A stretch of 64,000 nt of DNA. Source: a virus (lineage: Duplodnaviria; Caudoviricetes). The notes beneath the pieces were generated by a model, which did no database searches, was not told the origin of the DNA, and saw only the letters and a program-made list of their open reading frames with translations. Within the stretch, counting starts at the first letter, position 1. Every line of letters begins with the position of its first letter. The stretch covers positions 8,894 to 72,893 of IMG/VR virus record IMGVR_UViG_2513237213_000006; one strand, given 5' to 3'. The position numbers and the translations under genes are program-made. Shown here one piece after another: positions 58,639 through 64,000 of the stretch.

Positions 58639-59010
58639 TTGGATATGTTATCTGATAAAGCGGCATCGAAAAATGCTCACTTTGGAACATTGGGAGATTC
58701 GGACAGCTTGAAGGGCTATCATTTCTTCTCTATTGGCATGGGGAGTGAGTGTTATACAATCATTGTGTATGGTAACAAAAAAGACGCGGAGGAAGGTCTG
58801 ACTGCACATTTTAGCAGAGTTCAATTCCTGCGAACCGAATACAAAGACCGCCGTGACTGGCATGGAAACAGACCGCTGAAAGATTGCATTATCAAAGCAT
58901 GTTATTTTTCGGGGATGTTCTCACCAAAGCGAACTCGACCGCTGGCTGATCCGTGCGATAGCTACGAGCTGTATCAAAGTGAGGCGTATCAAAGCGAGGA
59001 TGCTGCTTGA
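58639..59010 (+). CDS. Hypothetical protein (start uncertain)
   Basis: ORF abutting the next gene. Confidence 0.4.
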   Translation: MDMLSDKAASKNAHFGTLGDSDSLKGYHFFSIGMGSECYTIIVYGNKKDAEEGLTAHFSRVQFLRTEYKDRRDWHGNRPLKDCIIKACYFSGMFSPKRTRPLADPCDSYELYQSEAYQSEDAA

Positions 59011-59753
59011 AGCTGGATTCTGTAATCGACTATCTCTCCATTGGTGATACAGATAGTGAATTGATAGCAGAAGAATGTGCTCGTAAATACGGCATCGGAG
59101 CCGACGAGGTGCTGGAAGAAAAACAGCGCAGAGTAGAAGTGCTGGAACATCTGAAGGTAATCATGGGCTGGTTGACGGAAACGCAAAAGTCTGTCCTGTT
59201 GTTGACCGGGGCAGGGTATAATCAGGTGGAGATTGCCGAGGAACTGAACACCAGTGAACGAATGGTGCGGTTTAACAAAAAGTCGATACAGTCAAAACTG
59301 GAGAAGGAAACAAGCGAGGATAGGATTAATTTCCTGAAGGGTGAAATCGAAAGACTGTCCCAAACCTCTCGCGGTAGACACAGCCAGTTATACAAGGACT
59401 TTGCGACAGAGCTGGAGAAACGGCTACGGTTAAAGCAGAGCATGAAGATGTTGTTTGTGCTTTTGACACCGCCTGAGTCCACAAAAGAGGCCGATGGTAA
59501 ACTCAGTATGCCAGCTTATACGTTTGAGCGCGTTATGCGTATCGGAGAAGGTATGCGGCAAGGCATCGAGAACGGCAAGAAGGTCATGAAAACCATAGTG
59601 AAGTGTCGTTTGCCTGAGTATATGATTGATACATTCGGGGATAGATTTACCTGCTGTACTTTGTGCGCCACCTGTACTCGCAAAAAAGATGTGCAAGGTC
59701 GGGCTGGGTACGACAAGTATGGACTGGAAAAACAAATCAGACCCCTTGAATAA
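59007..59753 (+). CDS. Sigma-70 region-4/LuxR-type HTH regulator, possible late activator
   Basis: 'LTETQKSVLLLTGAGYNQVEIAEELNTSERMVR'; C-terminal Cys cluster; last gene of the + operon. Confidence 0.75.
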   Translation: MKLDSVIDYLSIGDTDSELIAEECARKYGIGADEVLEEKQRRVEVLEHLKVIMGWLTETQKSVLLLTGAGYNQVEIAEELNTSERMVRFNKKSIQSKLEKETSEDRINFLKGEIERLSQTSRGRHSQLYKDFATELEKRLRLKQSMKMLFVLLTPPESTKEADGKLSMPAYTFERVMRIGEGMRQGIENGKKVMKTIVKCRLPEYMIDTFGDRFTCCTLCATCTRKKDVQGRAGYDKYGLEKQIRPLE

Positions 59754-59877
59754 AATATAAATATTTGCTATAATAACTATTAGCATAGATACAAACATAA
59801 ATGTGGCCCAGTTGACTTCGGTTGGCTGGGTTTGTTTCGCTTATAATAATTGACTAAATCAACTAATATAGCAAAAG

Positions 59878-59905
59878 AAAAACCACCCGAAGGTGGTCGT
59901 TTTTA
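59878..59905. terminator. Bidirectional terminator between convergent operons
   Basis: AAAACCACC-CGAA-GGTGGTCGTTTT. Confidence 0.75.
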
Positions 59906-60109
59906 ATGTGATAATGCACCTCTGTATCTATTCAATGCTTCTTCAGCGGTCATTTCGTCGAAAGCATGTCCCATCGTATCAAGCAGTTCCATAGCGTCCT
60001 TGTGAGGCGTGTTAGCGGCCTTCATGGACAAAACAAGATAAGCCAGCACAATGTCGTTGAAGCGTCCTGAGTCGAATAATCGGCAGTTTTCTTTTTCAAT
60101 CTGTTCCAT
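59903..60109 (-). CDS. Small acidic hypothetical protein
   Basis: AAAGGA SD; last gene of the minus operon. Confidence 0.65.
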   Translation of the reverse strand: MEQIEKENCRLFDSGRFNDIVLAYLVLSMKAANTPHKDAMELLDTMGHAFDEMTAEEALNRYRGALSH

Positions 60110-60592
60110 TCACTTTATCCTTTCTACTCTGTCAATCCAATCATAACTAAACCAAACGGTGCTCTCACAATCCCAACAGTGGAAGGGCATAAAACCATCC
60201 TTGGCCATCCATTTATACTGCACATCGAGGTGAAAGCCATCATAGCCCTGCAGGGCGTACCATCCGAAGTCGATATGCGGGAAAGGAAGAAAATCTGTTT
60301 CTTGAAGCTGAAGGTCGGCAATATCGGTCGGCTCAAAGACTTTCAGGTCTTTCTTGGGATGCAGGAGGAAGTGGTGTTCTCCGCAGTGATAAGGGGTTTC
60401 TCGACACCATTTTTCCCAAGCGGAAATATACGGCGAGTCGGTGTATCTCGTGGAAGTCCACAGGCCAATGTTAGGTTTATTCAGCAATGGCTGGCCAGTT
60501 ATCATGTTGCGGTCGAGGTCAAAGAAAACAAACTCCTCGCTGTCTGTGCAAAATATTTGGTCAGGAAGTTCGTTTAATACTTTCATAAGCAC
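60110..60592 (-). CDS. Hypothetical protein, possible ART-like fold
   Basis: 'KPNIGLWTS...W..WC', 'YDGFHL', 'WDCES'. Confidence 0.55.
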   Translation of the reverse strand: MLMKVLNELPDQIFCTDSEEFVFFDLDRNMITGQPLLNKPNIGLWTSTRYTDSPYISAWEKWCRETPYHCGEHHFLLHPKKDLKVFEPTDIADLQLQETDFLPFPHIDFGWYALQGYDGFHLDVQYKWMAKDGFMPFHCWDCESTVWFSYDWIDRVERIK

Positions 60593-60593
60593 C

Positions 60594-61388
60594 TCAGTGA
60601 ATCAAAGAATAGGCTTGGGGGCTGTGTTTCCGCAGGATCTCCAAAGGGATAGAGCACTGACCGCATTTGCAGTGTTTGACATTTTCTCCTAGCTTCTGCA
60701 GATCATTGTCAATGGTGCCAATCGGGGGACAGAGCCGGGACTCACCAAGGGCAATAGAGCCGTCTATATTGATGCGCGGAGTGCAGTATTTGCCGACAGG
60801 CATGGTGTTTACGATGTGCCTAAAACTTGTTTCGGGGATTTGGTTGGCTATGAGCCGGAGGTTTACGCACTTCGGGGCTTTTGTTTCCCAGCGAGCGTCT
60901 TTGAGGTTCAGGGCGCGACCTTGCGGGTAAAGATAAATCTCGCTGACCTCGTCAACTACAGAGCAGTTTTTTATTTTACTCAGCCAGTACAAGTCCTTTT
61001 CGATAAGGCGCTTTGGATAATACTCCTTGACCGCAGTAACCTGTGTGAGAAAATTTTTAGCGCGGTTCTTTACAAAATCTCTGTACCAGTTATACAGGTC
61101 TTTATCATGCGCAAGCTGATACCCATTGGTGGCGATAACAACGCCCACTCGAGGGAATCTCTTTTGATATTCCGCAATCGTTTCCAATACCTGTTTTATC
61201 TGCGGGTGCTCAAAAGGCTCTCCTCCGCTGAAAACAATACACTGCATGGTGGAATAGCCGATAAGATCATAAGCAAAATCCAAATTCCTTTTCAGCTGTT
61301 CCAGCGTGATGTGCTTTCCGTCTGTGGTACAATCGCTCAAGCAGTGGGGGCAACCCATCGAGCAGTAGTCCGTAAGAGCTATTAACAT
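60594..61388 (-). CDS. Radical SAM protein
   Basis: 'CSMGCPHC' CxxxCxxC, 'FSGGEP', 'IATNG'. Confidence 0.9.
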   Translation of the reverse strand: MLIALTDYCSMGCPHCLSDCTTDGKHITLEQLKRNLDFAYDLIGYSTMQCIVFSGGEPFEHPQIKQVLETIAEYQKRFPRVGVVIATNGYQLAHDKDLYNWYRDFVKNRAKNFLTQVTAVKEYYPKRLIEKDLYWLSKIKNCSVVDEVSEIYLYPQGRALNLKDARWETKAPKCVNLRLIANQIPETSFRHIVNTMPVGKYCTPRINIDGSIALGESRLCPPIGTIDNDLQKLGENVKHCKCGQCSIPLEILRKHSPQAYSLIH

Positions 61389-61460
61389 TTTATCACCTCA
61401 ATATTATCCTCTTTTCGTGCTATATTTGCGGCGTTGAGCGCGGTGTTTTTATTTGCCATA

Positions 61461-62204
61461 TCATACCTCCTGTATCTTGTCTGTTATCTTGAACACATCG
61501 ACCACCAGTTCCTTCTCGTTACGGTCATCTATATAGCATAGCACATATTTGCGGCTGACGGTAGCGGTCAACAGGACTCCTGGCTTGCCGTTTTCATACC
61601 TTGACTTGAACCACTCGGCCTTTTCTCTGTTGTCTGTCCAGCTGAGTCCATAACGCTCTCTCCCCGGCGATACGCCCCTGTATATGGTAATGGTGTCGGG
61701 CAGGTTGTTGTAGTATTCGAGATCCGCGGGTTCCATCAGGTGCTTCTTCGATGCGCTTCGGAAAAAATTGATTGCCTCTTTACGGCTTACGTTTATGTCT
61801 TGGTTCGGGTCTTCCTCGTCCAGCCAGCATTGCTTCAGATATTTTGCATAGTCCTTCTCGCTCATGTACTCACGGCAGAGCTTGAACCATGTCATTTTAT
61901 ACGGTCTGTTGATTAAGAGGTACAGATGGCCAACGTCGCTCCTGTCAATCAGCTCCATCATAAACTTGCGGTAAACCTTGTAGCCATCGGGGGTGGTTAA
62001 ATCCAACACTTCCCCGGTCTGTGGGTTCATGGAAATAGTGGAGGTGGTGAAGGGGTGAGAGCATATTCCCAGCCCCGGTAGGGCTTTGTTTTCTTCGATT
62101 GGCACTGCGTTAAACAGCAGTTTTGTTGTATGGCGTATTTCTTCAAGGTTGGTTTTCAAAATCTTATCCTCACTCTTCAAAATATTTACAGATACCTTTT
62201 TCAC
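61461..62204 (-). CDS. ADP-ribosyltransferase-like protein (R-S-E signature)
   Basis: 'TIYRG', 'GLSWT', 'RNEKELVV' in the canonical order. Confidence 0.6.
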   Translation of the reverse strand: MKKVSVNILKSEDKILKTNLEEIRHTTKLLFNAVPIEENKALPGLGICSHPFTTSTISMNPQTGEVLDLTTPDGYKVYRKFMMELIDRSDVGHLYLLINRPYKMTWFKLCREYMSEKDYAKYLKQCWLDEEDPNQDINVSRKEAINFFRSASKKHLMEPADLEYYNNLPDTITIYRGVSPGRERYGLSWTDNREKAEWFKSRYENGKPGVLLTATVSRKYVLCYIDDRNEKELVVDVFKITDKIQEV

Positions 62205-62352
62205 CTAATTCGATTGCAACATCCATGTCCTCGGTAGCCACATTGGGATTGTGACATTCCTCTACGTTTACAAGAGTACAACCTCCACCAAAAGAGGGGT
62301 CATAATCTCCTCCAAATGCTACGGCGTGTTTGCAGTTTTCACAAGTGTTCAT
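62170..62352 (-). CDS. Small Cys-rich protein
   Basis: AAGGAG SD; 'CENCKH...C...C...CKYF'. Confidence 0.65.
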   Translation of the reverse strand: MNTCENCKHAVAFGGDYDPSFGGGCTLVNVEECHNPNVATEDMDVAIELGEKGICKYFEE

Positions 62353-62367
62353 TTTTATATCTCCTTA

Positions 62368-62396
62368 TTTACAAATAATCTGAAAAGTATTATAAT
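62368..62396 (+). promoter_or_regulatory. Promoter P1 of the repeat-mimic cassette
   Basis: TTTACA-N17-TATAAT. Confidence 0.7.
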
Positions 62397-62411
62397 CTTA
62401 TATGTAGACAG

Positions 62412-62442
62412 GTATTCGCCCCGCATTGGCGGGGATGTATCA
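62412..62442 (+). CRISPR. Solitary type I-E-like repeat
   Basis: GTATTCG-CCCCGC-ATTG-GCGGGG-ATGTATCA; same stem and 8-nt handle layout as E. coli GAGTTCCCCGCGCCAGCGGGGATAAACCG. Confidence 0.6.
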
Positions 62443-62527
62443 GAAAATCAAATTTTATAATTTGAGAGCTGTGTAATATTTAAGGTCAGCCTGTCTGCGA
62501 TTGTAATTCCCTAAATATTCCTCGCTA

Positions 62528-62536
62528 TGGTATGAT
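62528..62536 (+). promoter_or_regulatory. Extended -10 promoter P2
   Basis: TG-G-TATGAT, 27 nt upstream of the first I-F repeat. Confidence 0.5.
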
Positions 62537-62562
62537 GGGGGTTACAAAGCAGGTCAGCCGCA

Positions 62563-62639
62563 GTTTACCGCTGAATAAGTGGCTTAGAAAGTATAAGCGG
62601 CCTAGAACGACCTGTATGTTTACCGCCGAATAGGCGGCT
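62563..62639 (+). CRISPR. Type I-F-like mini-array (28-nt repeat, 27-nt spacer, 22-nt repeat)
   Basis: GTTTACCGCTGAATAAGTGGCTTAGAAA and GTTTACCGCCGAATAGGCGGCT; 20/28 and 18/22 identical to GTTCACTGCCGTATAGGCAGCTAAGAAA, with compensatory stem changes. Confidence 0.85.
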
Positions 62640-62714
62640 GTCAGGCTTCGGCCTGTGGATTGAAACACTTTATTTTTCTATTAAGGAAAAGGAAAAAGTC
62701 CCCCGCAAGGGGGC
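62640..62714 (+). CRISPR. Type I-C-like repeat, 31-nt spacer and GTC-led hairpin
   Basis: GT-CAGGC-TTCG-GCCTG-TGGATTGAAAC carries the exact 11-nt I-C handle; spacer is followed by GTCCCCCGCAAGGGGGC. Confidence 0.75.
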
Positions 62715-62720
62715 TTTTTC
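62697..62720. terminator. Bidirectional terminator
   Basis: CCCCC-GCAA-GGGGG flanked by A- and T-runs. Confidence 0.8.
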
Positions 62721-62726
62721 GTGTTT

Positions 62727-63020
62727 TTATTCTTCCACTTCGCCCCATATGGCCTCATATTCTTCGACCGTCATAGCGTTTTCTGCCCAGCGTTTTGCTT
62801 CATCCTCCGTGATAGGCTCAATGGCTTCATCATAATACGGTGTATTGGCACCGCCGTTCCGATGCAGGAAGAACTCGCCTGTTTTCTTCAGATACAGAGT
62901 GCTTTCCTGATAGTTCATATCGTTGCAAGCGATAATGTCGCGCCCATTGATATTGTCTTTGTGTCCCAGTTCTTTTGCGGTTTCAGTGTCATATTTCTTG
63001 CCGCCGATGATTTTCTTCAT
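62727..63020 (-). CDS. Small acidic phage protein (MKKIIGGKKYDTETAKEL...)
   Basis: AAGGAG SD; acidic 97 aa. Confidence 0.8.
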   Translation of the reverse strand: MKKIIGGKKYDTETAKELGHKDNINGRDIIACNDMNYQESTLYLKKTGEFFLHRNGGANTPYYDEAIEPITEDEAKRWAENAMTVEEYEAIWGEVEE

Positions 63021-63022
63021 GG

Positions 63023-63358
63023 TCACTGCTCCTTTTTCTTTCGTTCCAAACACTTTCTGATCCTCAGCGCGTTGAGAGTGGGGGAGTCGCTTCTATACTC
63101 GCCCTTACTGTATGGAATATAGTTGTTTGCCAGTTTGGTTGATATTCCCAGTCGTTCTGCTGCCTGTTCTATACTCAATCCCTGTTGCATAAGTTTCGTC
63201 AGTTCGTCGGTTCGCTCATAACGAACTGCACCTTCGGTTATAAGGATTTTTCGCACTTTGCCAAAGCTGAGACCGCTTTTTCGGGCAACCTCTTTGATAG
63301 ACTCGCTGGCCTTGTACTCCCTAACTATCGCTTTTATATTCGCCATACCTGTACACAC
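63023..63358 (-). CDS. Tandem HTH protein
   Basis: 'SIKEVARKSGLSFGKVRKIL' and 'LSIEQAAERLGISTKLANNY'. Confidence 0.75.
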   Translation of the reverse strand: MCTGMANIKAIVREYKASESIKEVARKSGLSFGKVRKILITEGAVRYERTDELTKLMQQGLSIEQAAERLGISTKLANNYIPYSKGEYRSDSPTLNALRIRKCLERKKKEQ

Positions 63359-63426
63359 CTCCTTTTTGACAAAATCGGGTAAACAATTTTTGACATATTT
63401 TTTTCGATATGACGGGCCGAAAATGC

Positions 63427-63984
63427 TTAGTTTCGTTCTTTGAATATATCCCCAATATCAACACTCACATCTATGGATTCAACGAGTGTCAAGTGGGGGT
63501 GTTCGTCTTTTTCTTCGGCGGTCATTTGCATCCATTCTTCAGGAGGGATAAGCGTATAGATGTTATCCAGTCTATAATTGCTATAATGCAGTTTGTAGAC
63601 CTCAACCGCCTTATCTCTAGGGCTGACAATCCAATATTCAGGCACGCCGATTCTTGCATACAACTCTTTCTTTACAGTCATATCTTTTTTGCGAGTGCTG
63701 GGGGAGAGTATTTCTGCAACAAACACAGGAACGCTTGTTATGAGGCCGCTTTCGGTATGCTCTATAGGCTTTTGGTAAACGGCCAAATCGGGATAAACAA
63801 CATCGCCTTTACTGGGGATTAAGCCGACATCCTGAGTTAAAAAGAACTGCGTCGAGTCCAGTGAATTTTCTATGATGTTCGTTAAATTCTTGTCTGCCAT
63901 GAAGTGGAAAAGGCTAGTAGGGGACATTCTATACTTCACTCCTCCGATATATTCTGATGGGATTTTCTCTAATAACGCATCCAT
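63427..63984 (-). CDS. Uma2-family endonuclease-fold protein
   Basis: 'YPDLAV', 'PVFVAEILSPST...D...KKELYARIGVPEYWIVSP'. Confidence 0.9.
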   Translation of the reverse strand: MDALLEKIPSEYIGGVKYRMSPTSLFHFMADKNLTNIIENSLDSTQFFLTQDVGLIPSKGDVVYPDLAVYQKPIEHTESGLITSVPVFVAEILSPSTRKKDMTVKKELYARIGVPEYWIVSPRDKAVEVYKLHYSNYRLDNIYTLIPPEEWMQMTAEEKDEHPHLTLVESIDVSVDIGDIFKERN

Positions 63985-64000
63985 GAAAAAACACCTCCAA

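Larger units (their letters stand above)
1..64000. mobile_element. Temperate siphovirus-like phage, probable phage-plasmid (most of the genome)
   Basis: Ordered terminase-portal-capsid-tail-lysis modules, long tape measure and no sheath gene, plus ParM/ParR, Rep and DnaE; no integrase seen. Confidence 0.9.

Noticed and set aside
60109-60118. TTC plus ACTTTAT match to the I-C spacer
   Set aside because: Only 7 nt and AT-rich; expected by chance
62484-62510. GTCAGCCTGTCTGCGATTGTAAT as a fourth repeat mimic
   Set aside because: Weak stem and a handle with mismatches; cannot be supported

Overview
The window holds most of one temperate, long-tailed (siphovirus-type) phage genome. The host is probably Negativicutes-like: this is inferred from Firmicutes-style SD and promoter signals and DnaE, combined with a lambda-like J/K/L tail tip and a spanin-like gene. 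Layout: packaging, head, tail and lysis genes on + (2.7-36.8 kb); a DNA methylase, a type I toxin-antitoxin locus and DnaE (37-41 kb); a plasmid-maintenance block with ParM/ParR, parC-like tracts, Rep, a countertranscript and a candidate oriV (41.8-45.3 kb); recombination, replication and nucleotide genes (45.5-59.8 kb), including an RNA island (tRNA-Gln, a tRNA-like RNA with a ~95-nt insert, tRNA-Tyr, a ROOL-like large RNA); and a minus-strand accessory island (59.9-64 kb). No integrase, cas gene or reverse transcriptase is visible, so this looks like a phage-plasmid. The main finding is a 350-bp intergenic cassette (62368-62720) inside the accessory island. It has its own promoters and strings together CRISPR-repeat mimics of three subtypes (I-E, I-F twice, I-C) with off-length spacers. 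It is a candidate multi-subtype RNA anti-CRISPR or Cascade-hijacking cassette. The I-F spacer also has an 11-nt, CC-PAM-flanked seed match in the phage itself (1836-1848). All calls come from reading the sequence; no searches were run.
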